From the NCBI GenBank assembly GCA_964035545.1, contig OZ037767.1, forward strand, positions 26,800,628 through 26,864,627: a stretch of 64,000 bases of DNA. The letters run 5' to 3'. This document shows, piece by piece, positions 1-15,100 of this stretch. Made by a program: the position numbers and the translations under genes. This DNA comes from Bugula neritina. Taxonomy: Eukaryota; Animalia; Bryozoa. The stretch's first letter is position 1. Each line of letters begins with the position of its first letter. The notes under the pieces were generated by a model. It did not search any database. It had not been told where the DNA came from and saw only the letters and a program-made list of their open reading frames with translations.

Positions 1-176
1 CTCCTTTTTATAATTATACTTTCATTATAAATTCATGGGGTTCTGCAGTTACTCAAAGTCATTGGCTCTGTATCTAACTGTGACTTTGATTTGTTGAAGC
101 TATATTATATTATTTACAGAAGCATCTGCAGCTACAGTGAATGATATTTTCAATCACTTCAGGGATAGATTTTTGA

Positions 177-3100
177 ATGGCAGTAGAATTTTGCTTCTGT
201 TTGGACAACTGTATACAATTTCTTAATCAGCTCAGTACTTCCGAAAGTGACTCTTCTACCCTGCACAATGTTTTTGTGAAAAGCAAAGCCAAAGATGGCA
301 AGGAACGGCAAAATTTGGTAAGTTTAAATTGATTTCATCTGGATTTTCACTAAGCTCAAATTTAAATGAAATGGTAGCTTGCTATGTCATACAGTAAGAA
401 ATTGATATGTAGTATTCCTAATTTGTTTGCATGTATTCTGTTATTGTTTCTGAATATTTCTGTACTCAAATTAAATAAATTTTGAGTTTAGATGTTTCAG
501 AAATATTTAGTATTCAATTTAAAAATGCTGTTAATTTGTTAACCAGTTATGATTAATATTCTTACTAAATCTATTAATCCATCATTGAAGGTTGTTATCT
601 AGTCTATATAGAAAAGGAAATTTGCATAACCCTATTTATGCAATAATTAGTTTAAACTAAAATCATCAATTACTTTATATACTTATATTTACATTATAAA
701 TAGTGGCATGAGGCACAACCTATTTTAAAGTTATATGTATTAGTGTTATAAAAAATAGTATTCTATCCTAAACCAAATGATAGATGGATGTTTGATTTTA
801 TTGGCTTCTCAAAAGCTAGCTATTGTTACTTTCCATTCACTATAATGACTAGTTTGTTTGTTCTACCATACATATAAGCTAGACCAGCTCTGCACACGAA
901 GTGTTAGGTATCATTATTGCATTAGTTATGTGTGAAATGCTGTTTAAGCAGGGTAATCTTAACTGCTCTGGCAGCACTTAACTGCTCTGGCAGCACTACA
1001 GAATGGAATTGATATGAATACAAACACGTTCAGATTAAACTATTATTAAAGTATATACTATTTCTAATAGATTCTTAAGTTTCTAGTAATAAATTATCTT
1101 GTTTGCTTATGTGCGAGTTGTATTAAAATTAAGAACTTTACACACTATAGAGAAAATGGAGTGCCAGTGACCGAAAGGCTGTGCTGCAGGAACTCTCCAA
1201 GTTCATTCTAAAGCCAAGATATACCTTGGAGTTATCTGCCCGATGCACACCATTGCTGCTACAACTACTTCATGGGTTTGTTAAATTATTTTATTTATAG
1301 TCCATGTTATAATGTTAGGGTCTAATTCAGTGGCACTTCAAACAAAGTTATTGTTATTCTTGATGTGAATTGTTTTTGTTGTAAAGTTAACCTGTTAGTA
1401 GCAGTGGGGCTTCTTGGTTCAAGATTTAAAGTGGTGGAAGATTGAACTGAGTTTATAAGAAGATTGTGTTTTCAACTCCAATTGTGGAAATGGTTTTTGA
1501 AGTAGATTTTGTGATTTATGTTGCAGAGCTGCAGACGTTGTGAGGGGAAGTTTTGAATTGCACCAACAATTTTGTGTAGCATTAGCAAAGATAGTGTTTG
1601 TCTACCCCCAATGTATCTCCTTTGCAATTCAATACCTGAGTTCTTACACGCCATTTGGAGGGAATGAGTCAAACACATATGAACCTCCTCATAAGAAACC
1701 TTGTAAAAAGGTAAGCTCTTGCTATTGAATTATGGTTTCTTTCATAGGAAGTGCCTTATCTTCATGCTGACAGAAAAGTTGAGGGATCAATCCTATTAGA
1801 CTAATTTTTTACACATCTAATCTAGTTTTGTTTATTCAAATAATAGTCTGATACTTTACCAATAAAGTCTTCAGTTAATCTGTCAACTAATGAAGTGTCT
1901 ACCAATTGAATAAGATCAAAAATGTAATTAAAAAACCTTAACCTTTTTTTATAACTTTTTTGCAACGCATCTGCCGGTAAATGATATAACTGCAAGTGCT
2001 GGGAGCACTATTACACCTGATGTGAGTACCTGCTAATGTAGCACTTGTATTTCTATTTTAGAGAACTAAAGGAAGTAAAATCTCTGATCTGGAAATCTGT
2101 AGATCCAGTTTACTTCTGCTTTTGTCTGATAGCAAGAGATTTAGCGAGATTTCTGATTGGTCAAATGTTTCACGCCATGTCAATAGTGACTGTCCAAAAA
2201 CCAAATGGTTTGTAGTCTATTTTATTGAAATATACAGATATGTCACTTGTATACTCTTGTTGTGAGACTAGCATATTGAATTGATGGTGTTTGTAGGTAC
2301 GCTCTACAAGTATCCTGCATTGTGACCAACACGTCTGCCAGATGCAAGAAGCTGCTGCTGGACAGACACTTCTCTCAACCTAAACAGTCAACCCTCTCGT
2401 CTGAGTATGCTTTATTTATTGGTGTTTGAGTATTAAAAGTTTTAGTTCTAACAGTCTGTAGATGATAGCTAAGATATACATGAATATTTTATTACTTCGT
2501 AAATGTGTTTTGCATAAAAGTTTTGTGAACATTTTTCATGAGTTATATTTAGGTTTCGTAGCATTTTTCATTTTCTAACATTTAAATATTTTGATTTCTA
2601 ACATTTCATCATCTTTTAAGCTCATTCTTTATTTTATGGTGGTATTTGTTGCAGACAGTTGAATTGGGAAAGAGGGTTGAAGAACTCCGTGCTCACTATA
2701 GATGGTGCTGATTTAATTGTACAAAGTAATGATGGTGGCTGTGTCATTACTAACAACGACCTTCACCCCAATCTCATAGCTGTCTGTGGCATTCTTATTC
2801 CTAAATTAACACTCACAGCTACTCAAACCAGTACTCCATTGGCTGCTGGTGTAAACACAGACAGTCCTATCATAGTTGTGCCCTCTACAGTTGCTGCTCT
2901 TCAACATGTAGCCATGGCCGTCTCATGTGAACAGCCTGTCTTACTCTCTGGACATATTGGTGCTGGTAAAACATGTTTAGTTGAACATTTGGCCAGGCTG
3001 ACTGGCCGATATCACCAGCTGATAAAGGTTAGTTGTTTCTGAGGCTTAGTGACTGTAGGGTTCAACTCAGCTTTGTATTGCATTATATTGCCAGCTGTTG

Positions 3101-6100
3101 TAATTTTTAATTTTAATGTTAAAAATAAATTTGGTATGCTTTTTGTGTTTAAATAATGTAATAATGGTAGTAAAATCAAATGGTTTTTGTTTCCATGGTA
3201 GTGGTGGTGGGAAAATTAACTAATAATTAATAGAGTGGTACTGTAAATAATCTATGAAACAGTGGTTTATGTAGTAGCACATGCAGTAGTAGTAGTGGTA
3301 GTGGTAGTAGTAGTGGTAGTGGTAGTAGTAGTGGTAGTAGCAGTGGTAGTGGTAGTAGTGGTGATGGTGGTAGTGGTGGTGGTAGTGGTAGTGGTAGTGG
3401 TAGTGGTAGTAGTAGTGGTAGTAGCAGTGGTAGTGGCAGTGGTAGTAGTAGTGGAAGTGGTAGTGGTGGTGGTAGTAGTGCTAGTAATAGTAATAATTCT
3501 AACACTAGATAGTAATAACATTGTAGTGCAGGCGGTGAATGTGTGGTGTTAATGGATAATGGATATATAAGAATGTGCTCTGCCCTATGCTTTAGGTACA
3601 ACTTGGAGAGCAAATAGACAGCAGGTCTTTGCTCGGAACATACTGTTGTACAGAGACACCTGGTGAGTTCGTATGGCGACCTGGACCACTTTCTTTAGCT
3701 GTGGAGGAAGGAAAGGTAAGTCAGTTCTAACAGAACACAGTACACATCTGCAGTGTCTACCTACAATATATAATTGTGTAAAAGTGTTACACAATGAAAA
3801 CAGGTGTTGTGCATACTTAGTATACAAATATCACATGAATTATAATACTTTTGATGTCTAATGATTTTAGTGGCTGCTGTTAGAGGATATAGACATAGCC
3901 CCGATGGACGTCATATCATTGCTGTTATCATTGGTAGAGACTGGCAGACTACAGGCCACCAACAAATGCTCCAACAATAAAGTTAAACCGGGTTTTCAAC
4001 TTTTTATGACCAAGCGTTTGCAACATGCAGGTAGAGACAATTTCTAACTTTTTAAATTTTGATTTGATTATAGCAATAATTCAATATATGTTAATGTAAG
4101 ACACTGTACACTTTTAGGGTTTTCTAGCCAATCAAATTGCTCAATTCTCGAAAAAGCGGTTGCTACGGTTACAATAGAACCTCTATCAAGAACTGAACTA
4201 ACCACTATTGTAAATACTCTTCACCCTAACCTAGTGAAGGTAAGTTCATCTAATAGCAGGATTGTGTTATTTCTTCTATGCCAGTCGCCATCGTTACAAA
4301 CTCTTTGATATCTGATGTTCATACGCACATAGACTTATTTTTTCTGTGATGAACAATAAACGATACAAGCTGAAAATGCCAGTTGAATTAATGAAACTTA
4401 GTGGTTGTGTTGATGAAGCTGGTTGTGTTGATGAAACTTAGTGAACAGTATGTGAATGCCGAGTCTGCAAATCCACATATTTATACGTGATATACAAATA
4501 GGTTTGCACAAACACGTATTTATATTGAATGGCGTTTTACATTAGAGGTCATGCTACCCATTAAATAGATAGAGCAGTGCAATTTAGTTTTTTAAATGCT
4601 GGAATGTTTTTTTCAAGCAATACTTGAAGTTTTGTGCATTTCTTCTTCCCTCACCTCATTTAGGCAGCGCTTACATATCATCATATATTTGTGTAGGTTA
4701 CAGATCGTCTGCTGGACATGTACTTCACACTGACTTCTGGTAAGCACACGGATGATAGAGTGGACGTCGCTGATACTGAGATGATGAAGTTTTCCACTTA
4801 CTTTGGCAGCAGACAGCTCTCCACCAGAGACCTTCTCAGATGGTGCTCCAGAATATCTCAAGATTTTCAGCTTCACTCGTCACAGAACGAAATCTTTGTT
4901 TTCCAGGTGTGTTATATATTGATTCTGCTAATGAGTGTGTGAGAAGGTGGCCAGCTATTAGTTACAGACATTTCTATTTCTTAGCTAGTTTATGCTATCT
5001 CTCACCACTTCTAATAAATTCAGACTTGGTACATGTGCTGATAAAATTAAATTTTTCCTGGTATATTTACAATAGTATTTCAAATTGAAAGTTGAGCTAT
5101 TACAATATTCAGATCAAGGTTGGACAGCCATTGTTTTGGCACTGCATCATCTTCTGAGTTGTAAATACTATACTTAGTTATAATGATTAGTTAAATTTTA
5201 TTATAGGAAGCTCTCGACTGTTTCTGTGATAGTCTTACTAAACTATCCCAAAGAGTTAAACTTGCTGAAGCAATTGGGACAAAGGTAACTTTCCTACTAC
5301 ACTATATACGGTAACTTCATAACTCACGATATACAGTCACTTTATAGTTACACTATATACAGTCACCAGGCTGACTAGTATGATTATTACATCATTATTT
5401 AATTATCGTTACTGTATTGAATATGTGATCACAGTGCTTGTTCTGTTTAATAATTGATATTATATGTAATGATTTTAAAATGTTATGCGGAAGTATTTTA
5501 TTGTATAGTTAGATTATGGAAATATATGTTCAACATAGCTTGATTTCCAATGCTGTTAATAACATTTAATAAACTTTTTGTGGCGTGTGTATTCAGGTAG
5601 CTAATGAGAACAAGATTGACAAATCTTAACAGAAAGAACCAGCTGTTTGATGTGTTTATCTCCTTCACTCTGCCAGCTATTTTTGTTGCAGATAAATGTG
5701 CTGGCGGAGAAGGCAGAGTATTTTTGTGTCATGTATAAACCGACCATTGATATGAGTAAAGAAGTCATGAAAGTTGGTAGAGCATCGTTGGCCAGGAAGG
5801 CTATCAGTGCAGCTGACTCATTATCCAGGTATTTCTCTATATCATACTTCAATCTTTGGCGTGAAAGAGGTTTGAGGTGAACAGATTCTTTCTTTGGATT
5901 GTTAGATGTAACAAGTGCTTAGAAAAGGACTTCCATAAAAATTCTAAAACTGCACTAGTTTTTGTCACTGATTGGAAATATGTCACACACTAGCTTGCCC
6001 TGTACTCAATGATATTGTAGTTCTGTTTTACTTGATGCTACAAGGTCAGAAAGTATTGGATAAAAAAAATTGTTTCTAACTCCTTATATAAAATGTAGGC

Positions 6101-9100
6101 TGTTTTATAAGGTTCATACTCCTCTCCTGGCTGGTCATTTTCAACATTATTTTCATGAAATACATACAGAAAATTTGTCACAAATTAAACATTGTTTATG
6201 TTGGAATTAACATTTGAATATCTGTGGTAATAATGCTGATTGTGTGAATAAATATGAAATGTAAAATACACAGTATAGGATAAATGTTTCTGAATATTTA
6301 ATATCTATATAATTCTTATGTCATAAGTCACATGTGTTGATTATTATTAGGAGAAGCAAAGGCAACTTTGCCTTCACTCGACAGTCTAGTGCTCTGCTGG
6401 AGAAGATTGTTGTCTGCATTAACCATAGCGAACCAGTTCTATTGGTTGGTGAAACAGGAACCGGGAAAACGTCTGTAGTGCAGTATTTAGCTCAGCAAAC
6501 AGGTGCGTGCATTTACTTACTCGAGAGTTCTAGAGAGTTTTAGAGAATTTTAGAGAATCCTAGAGAATCCTAGAAAGTTATACAGAATTGGAGAGAGTCT
6601 TAGAGAATTCTGAAAGCTTCAACAGATAAATCAGCGTCTCTCTATATATCATAGGCTGAGTACTGTACTTTACAACTATATTTGCGCCGATAATGTTTTG
6701 TGATGGTGTTTGCAGGTCGGAAGCTCATGGTTATTAACATGAATCAACAAAGTGATACAACAGATTTGCTGGGCGGGTATAAGCCCATCATGATTTCTAT
6801 GATCATCTCCCCATTACGGCAGGAGTTTGAATGTCTCTTCTCGGAGTCCTTCTCCAGGAAACAGAATCAAAAGTTTCTCAGTACGTAGATTAGCCACTTG
6901 GAGATTTGTTAACACGAGTCTGGTGTTTTGCCATAGTCATAAAACTTGTGAAACCTGATTGGTAAAGGACGTTGAGGCGTTCTGTAAACTTTCATTTGAA
7001 ATTTTACTGGCAACATGCTCTTAGGGCTTTAATGAGATACAGCTACTATTGAGACTGTGTGTTTTGATAAACTTGACCGTCTAACCCGATACAAAATGTG
7101 TTATGGCTAGACCAATGGACTACAGTTGTGTCTTTATTAAAATAGGTAATTATTTTATACAATTAGATATCGCTATGCGTTTGTCATATTTCATTAGGTG
7201 TAGGTATCAAGATATAGGTAAAGGTTATTTATTTAATGACTTTTTGATGTATTATTTTCGTTAGTCATGCTGGTTTTATTAAACTCCTGTTTGTAGATCA
7301 CATTCAGCAATGCTACTCGGCCAAACGCTGGCCAGACCTCCTCAAGCTCATGGAGCATACGGTGAAAGCTGCACTCAAGAGAGATGCCGAGTCTGGTAAA
7401 TGGAAAGAGCTGCAGAAACAACTTCATGTCGTGAAACGTCAAGTGAAATACGCTGAAAGTGCTTTGGCCTTTTCATTTGTGGAGGTGAGTTGCTCTTGTA
7501 CTTAACATTGCACGTTGGCTACCAACACTACTTTATGAACTGTGATTTTTATACTGTGTTCTATTGAATTTGTTGGAATTTTTAGCAAAGTATTTCAAAA
7601 TAAACTTTCATTATGTCTATTTTTTTTAATTTAGCCTGTGATGACATGTTGGGCTGTTGCTATTTTGTTAGGGAGTTCTAGTAAAGGCCCTGAAAGAAGG
7701 TCACTGGGTGCTCTTAGATGAAATCAATTTAGCTACAGCGGAGACTCTGGACTGTTTGTGTGGAATTTTAGACACTGCTGAAGGATCAGTGACCCTTGTG
7801 GACCGAGGGTACGTATCCTCATCATAGCCCTCTAGTTGTGAAATAGTATTAGCTGATTTGGTTCATATACTATTAAGATATAGTATATAACTATTGTTCA
7901 TTACATGTTGTGATAAATAATGCGTAGCAGCAATAAACTACCATAATAGCTTGTTTTAGGGATGTTACAGTGCATGGACATCTAACTGTAGCATATTCTA
8001 CACTGTATTCTAATAACATATATCTCATATTGCTTCATTTCTATCAAAATTTCTTGAGAAATGCACTTTAGCAAGAATTTTGACTAGTAAATAAGTTGTT
8101 GTCACATGCATAGACTTATTTTATATTCATAACCGTGTCTACATGCCATATGCCCATATAAAAGTGGTAACTACTAGTTGCTTCAGTAACTCATAGCTAT
8201 ATTAATGTATATACATTACATTAAACCTATGCTATTACTATATATGATGTATGGTGACCTCTCAATGTTATCATAGAAGATGTGTTGTTATAGTGATACA
8301 GCCCCGGTATATCGGCACCCAGAGTTCCGTCTGTTTGCCTGTATGAACCCCGCCACGGATGTCGGGAAGAAAGACCTCACTCCTGGTGTTCGCAGTCGGT
8401 TCACCGAGTTTTTTGTCGATGAATTGGAGAGCAAAGCTGATTTGAGGTGAGCTGCTAGGTTGTGTCAGCCCCAAACTTCCACATGCTGCCATCTTGCTCC
8501 GTCTGCCATCTTGTTCTGTTTGTCATCTTGCTCTATTTGTCATCTTGTTCTTTGCTTAATATTTATCACAGCTTCTTTGCTGAGGCTTCTTATGTATAAT
8601 TAGCTAGAAGGATGCTACTTCTTACTAGACAATATTGATTTAGTTTATTGAATATTGATCGACTTTCACTGTCATTTTGTAAGTTTCACAACACTTCTCA
8701 GTAGTGGATTTTCCAGTTAGTAAAATGTACATGTGTTGTGTTTCAGAGTCATGGTCAGTGCATACCTTGGAGGTTTGTCTTTAGACTCCAAGCAGATAGA
8801 CGGCATAGTAAACTTCTATCTAGCCGTCAAACAGGAAGCAGTTAATAAGTTGACTGATGGAACCGGCAAACGACCCACATACAGGTCTGTTGATGTCGCA
8901 GTTCCAGTTAATCTACGAGTTGTTGTGTCTCAAGTCATTGGTATTTCATCAAGATGTTTTATTCATAGACATACTATTATTCTTTCCCTACCGAAATCTC
9001 TTATAAAAATGCAAAGAACTTTGTCTATTGAAATTTTGTCATTACTGCTGCTAATTGTTTTGTGTATTTGCTCTATAGCACAGATGCAGCAATGTTTCTC

Positions 9101-12100
9101 TTTTTAATAACACAACAGCTAAATACTTTTCATGTGCATGTTTCTATTTGCTATGTGACAATTTATTTGTAGCCTCAGAACCTTGTGCCGTGCCTTGCGG
9201 TACGCTGCGTCTAATCCCTATCAAGCGGTTCAGAGGTCTTTGTACGAGTCATTCAGTATGAGTTTCCTTACTCAGGTTGATAGATCATCCCATCCCCTCG
9301 TTACAAAGTTGATCATTCAGCATATAATTGGCAACAGTGAGTTTATCTGTACATTAATGTGATATGATGTAATGTAGTATGCAGTTTAATACTGATGAGA
9401 TATAATATAATGTAATGTAATACAATAACATGCAATTTAATATGTAATGCAATATAATAAGTAATGTAGTATAGTAATATAGTGTAATATAGTGTAATAT
9501 AGCATAATATATATTACCCTGGACCATGTTGCACGAAAATCTCGGGAGAACTATCAAGCATTTGGTTTTGTTGATATGTATTATATTAATTGCACTACAT
9601 AACATCAACTCAATTGTATTAGTACATAGCAGTGAAAGGGGACACGCTGGTGTAAAAAAACATGCATAAAAACTGGTAATGGTTGTCTAAATGTTTCTAA
9701 TTATTGTAGGAAAATCTCAGTCCATTCTATCTAAGCCACTGCTACCTCCAATTAATGTTCAATGCGAGAAATTTGAAGGCTATTGGCTGAAGAGAGGACA
9801 GAATGAGCCAATTGAAGACGAGAAATATATTTTAACAGATACAGTACGAGCTAACATGAAAGATGTGGCTAGAGTTGTGGCCTGTGGGTAAGTCAAATGT
9901 ATGGACACGTAGTCGTACCACCATATCATTTGAGGCCAGCCGCAACTTTAGTACTTGGTCAAACAGTAAAACGTGTTTATGCTTTTCTCATAAATTACTT
10001 CTTACTTGAGTATCTAGATTCTCTCAGCTAGTTGGTTAGATAAATATCTATGTTTCATTGATATGCGTTCTCCAAGCTATTTACGTGTAGCCATGGTAAC
10101 ATGACATACTTTGTCGTGTAGAGAACACCCAGTCCTTCTGCAAGGTGAGACGTCTGTTGGGAAGACAAGCATGATAGAGTACATAGCCAAGGCAAGTGGC
10201 AACAAGTGTGTTCGGATCAACAACCATGAGCATACAGATGTCCAGGAATACACTGGCTCTTATGTCGCGGATGAGAACGGCCATCTTGTTTTTAAAGAAG
10301 GTTCCCTAAGTTATAATAGTTACTCCCTAAGTATTAGATACTAGTATTAACACTTGCGCTATCTGCTAGATACTACTATAAGATTATTTCTATCAGTTAC
10401 ACTGAAACTAATGGCTACCAGTGGAACTAAGACTAATAATATAAATAGTCTCTACCTCTTATACTAGTAGCAAGTATATAAATGATCTTTGCCTCTTATA
10501 TTAATAGCCAGTGTATAAATACCAAGAGCAAGTGTATAAATTGTAACAGCAAGTATATAACTGGTTCCGCTAGGTATTCTGGTGGATGCAATGAGACGTG
10601 GATACTGGATCATACTAGATGAACTAAATCTGGCTCCAACTGATGTCTTAGAAGCCCTCAATAGACTTCTGGATGACAACAGAGAACTCTTCATTGCAGA
10701 AACCCAACAGACTGTCAAAGCTCATCCTAGCTTTATACTCTTTGCTACACAAAATCCCCCTGGCCTGTATGGAGGCAGAAAGGTACATACTCTGTGTACT
10801 AACAGCACTAACTGCATAGTTGTTGGTATAATTGTGAATAGGTAATAGCTGTAGGTTTCATCAAGCTTTGGATATAATTTTCTGTGGTCACTGTTCAAGT
10901 ATTGTAAGACAATGTTTGTGTAAAATGCACTACGTTAAAACTGTTTAGATCTCTCTTTATCTATACACACTGTAAAGGTCTGGTTGGGGAATTGGAATTA
11001 GTGTCATGTGTATTTCTGTGAAACCATTCAACTCGTCACCACTCACATATCTATTGGATCGTTTGGTGCCAGAGTATTTTATTTGAACAAACTTCAAAGC
11101 TGACTATCAATTTTTTCAAAAGTGTGCAATTATGTAAAAATTAAATTGTAAAGCCAGTTTTCAACTGTTTCCATGATTTACTAATGGCACATAATAACTG
11201 GAGGTGGAACTAGCAGGTTGTCACTGTATTCACGTCTGTTGTGTTGTGTTGCAGATGCTTTCCAGAGCGTTCAGAAATCGGTTTGTGGAGTTACACTTTG
11301 ACGAGATACCGCACAACGAGTTAGAGTTCATTCTACACAAAAGATGTTCTCTCCCCCTGTCTAGCTGTAAGAAGATGATCAGAGTAATGTCTGAACTGCA
11401 GGTAGAAGTTAGCTCTGCTTCTCTCTCTCCCTTTCTCTCTACCCTGTCTGTCTTTCTATCTATCTATCTCCTTATGTAAACACATGTAGTACTGTGCTGT
11501 TATAGTGCTGCCATAATGCCGTGACCATATTAAAGTTCTTCAGTCTGTTTTGGGTACATGATGATGTCCTCCTTATCAACCTACCTACCTACCTACCTTC
11601 AGGTCAGACGCCGGGATTCAGGACTGTTTGCTGGTAAACAAGGTTACATAACTCTTAGAGACGTGTTCAGATGGGGTGAGAGATACAGACTGTCGGCTGC
11701 TGAAATTATTGATACATTCTACAACTGGGACCAGCTTCTCGCTGATCAAGGTGTGCCATTTCATGGTTCATGTCATCTCCAAGTGGGCTGCACTGCTCTT
11801 TGTCAATATACAGAAGATAATTTGCAATTTTAAAAAAATGTGTTTTTTTAAATTGAAATAATTTCATTATTATATATCTAATTCGCTACTCAAGTAGTTG
11901 TTAATTTAAAATTATTACTCTTTACTTCATTAGAACTATGTACATTTTGGCATTAGTTTATACATCTGAATGCTAAGTTAGAATGTATTATTTTATGACG
12001 TGGAAGTAGGTTTGTACTCTACTTGATCTCAGTTAAGTCCTCTTAATCAAGTTTGGCTGCAAAATTATCTAAGATTACTTTACTACATTTACATATGCAT

Positions 12101-15100
12101 TTAAAAGTGATTCACAGCCAACAATAATGCTCGTTAGCCAGAAAAAGTGCTGTTTTGCTTATTTAAATCCAAAACATTTGCATACGGAAGTCATAAAGTG
12201 TGATTTTTACTATCTAGCATAAGTTCTTGTATCAGGTTTTATGCTCTTGGCTGGAAGAGTAAGAAAGGAAGAGGAGGAGATTTTAATAGCGGAGGTTCTA
12301 GAAAAGCACTTCAAATGTAAAGTTGATCCGCGTGCGATTTACTCCGTGAATTCTTCTTATGGCAAAGAACTGAGCGGACTGGTATGTGACCTTTGAACTG
12401 GTGTAGTGTAACTTCCTAACTTACTTAATTTAGTAACTAGTAGCTGGGTAAAATGAATACAGTTCCTGTAACTATCCTAATCACCTGTTCCTGATATGCT
12501 TGATGGTTATGAATTAATTATTTCATATATAAATTCGAATGATGAGTGGACAACTCTGTATATCAGTATTTTATCAGTATACAAGTATAATATAGGGGAG
12601 ACAACTCTCTATATCAATATATGATAATTGCACTGTAGTTTTTTTATCCCTATGCAAATATGCTAACTGATAATGAAGCTAGCCTTGTTATTGCAACTTT
12701 GCAGATGGCTGGTAAAGACTCCTCTCAGATGTTTGGTCATATTGTGTGGACGTATAGTTTAACAAGACTAGCAGTTCTAGTGGGCCAGTCTATCAAGTTC
12801 AATGAGCCTGTACTAATGATTGGTGATACTGGGTAAGTATTATTCTTGTCTACTTCTACCGGTATATCATTGAAATTTAGAAATGCACGTTGAAGTCTAG
12901 CCTCAAACTGAATAGTGCTAAGTTATTTCTACCGGTTCATAATACAGTAATGCAGCCGAATCCCATGTAACTGATCTAGTTGTGTTGGTCAATCAAATAA
13001 ATTTTCTATATCTGCATTTTTCATCATATATACGTTCAACTCAAGAACATCGTGTGATGATTCCCGCTTGTTCTGTAGATGTGGTAAGACCACCATCTGC
13101 CAATACTTTGCTCACATTTACCAAAGAGAGCTGCACACCATCAACTGCCACATGCACACTGAAGGCAGCCACTTCCTGGGTGGTCTCAGACCTGTCCGTC
13201 ATTCTGAGGTAACACCTTTCACTGCTACACCGTCTCCTACTGTTGAATTCCTGCCATCTTCAATGATAAACTGATAGTCATCAGCTGGTTAAGGCACTAT
13301 GCTGAGGTTATTTTAGAACGTATAATTTATCTAGTCATACTAATGAAGGCCCAATGAACTGCAGCAATTGACTTTAGCACAATTGGTTTTATCTAACTAG
13401 AAATTTTTATGTGTTCAACACATTGTTCTGGCGTACTGTATTTATTATAATATCTCCTGTATCTCATCGGATATTTTCTCTTACTTTTTAAAGTTTAATC
13501 GAAGAAATAATCGCTTTCATTAGGTTAACAGTATCTAAGCATGAGCAGGGCATGTTTACACGTATAATGGTATAAGAATTATACTATACTCAAGAATATC
13601 ATCAATTGTTTGTAGTATAGCCTGTTTTTCTGTACATGTAGATGGAGACGGACAATGATGGCCGAGGTGGTAAGTTGTTTGAATGGCAAGATGGACCACT
13701 GGTTATTAGTATGAGATCTGGGTCTATTCTCCTGGTAGATGAGATCTCGTTAGCAGATGACTCCGTCCTCGAGAGATTGAACTCTGTTCTAGAACCATCT
13801 AGGTATGAACTCTGTGCTAGAGCCATCTAGGTATGAACATGTTTGCTGGGGGTAACTGCTGACCAAATATATAATGAGCTTTATACTTTTTTACATTGTT
13901 TAATATGACAGGGTTGTTAAGAAATAATTTTGAATTTTAGAACTCTGGTGCTGGCAGAAAAAGGAGGGGAGTTAGAAATAATAAAAGCCGATACTAACTT
14001 TAGACTGGTTGCCACGATGAATCCCTCTGGAGACTATGGCAAAAAGGAGGTAAGTTTAGTTTGATTCTATGATCTCGAACTTGACTAAGAATACTATTTT
14101 TTGAGATTGCTTGCTTGTAGATGCGTTGCTCTTTTAGTAATCACTGACTCCACTAAATTGCTTTTTGGTATAACTAACTGGCAATATTTCATGTACTTTG
14201 CTTTCGAGATATACCTAGAGTGCAAATAATGTTTTAATGAGTTTTACATATACATAAATGCATTTTTATTTTATATACATTTTTTATAGTTTCCATATAT
14301 GTTTGCCCCGAGATAAATTATACGCAGTTACTCCCAACACTAAGCCAGATATCCCATTAGGATACAGTTGGTTTTTGTTTTTAGTTCATCAGTATACCGT
14401 CTTTTTTCTGTAGTTGTCTCCAGCGTTGAGGAACAGATTTACTGAGATATGGTGCCCTCAGTCGAAGGATATCAATGACTACAAGCTAATAGTTGATCAC
14501 AACATAGCTTGTGATCCTATGTTCACCACACCGAGTGGAGACAAGCTAGCCTACAGCCAACTTATTGTGCAGTTTGTAGAATGGTTCCGAAATCAGGATT
14601 TTGGCAGACGGTTCGACACTACTCAACGTTTTACTTCATTTTATATATTAGCAATTTTTAAAATTATATTGATAAATTTAGAAGTGGCTCAAATTTGTTA
14701 AAAGTTTTTATCTCATTGCTGACTTGTTAACAAATTATAATCTTCATCTTGTTCAATTAATAGTCTATTTACGTCATGAGCGCTTTAGAATGCAAAAAAA
14801 TTATTAGCAGAAATTATAGAAATATTCATGTTTGCTTGTAAATTATATTTTAGATTTACTATAAGTATACGAGACATATTGGCATGGGTTGATTTCATCA
14901 ACAAATGTCACACGTCAGTCGATAGTTTGACTAAAGGGAGACTCTCTTCTCAAGATAGCTACATACACGGTGCTTGTCTGGTCTTTCTAGATGCTCTTGA
15001 TTCCGGTAAGCTTTTCCGTCTTGCGTTTCTTTTCCCAACTTGACAGCATTAGCGCTGATCGGTATTTGAATGATCAGCATAAAGTTATTCTTTAGTGATA

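Noticed and set aside
957-996. Small tandem duplications (also ~4400-4445, 6530-6610, 8490-8550, 24200-24245, 30660-30715, 53361-53392, 57685-57770)
   Set aside because: Ordinary slippage duplications with no evident functional consequence.
3227-3613. Poly-V, poly-T and L/P ORFs (also at 34027-34431 and 51038-51417)
   Set aside because: These are translations of intronic (AGT/GGT)n microsatellites; the flanking MDN1 exons join in phase without them.
7805-7822. U12-type donor (GTATCCT)
   Set aside because: The reading frame requires the upstream GTACGT donor at 7809; GTATCCTC lies inside the intron and is not the full U12 consensus.
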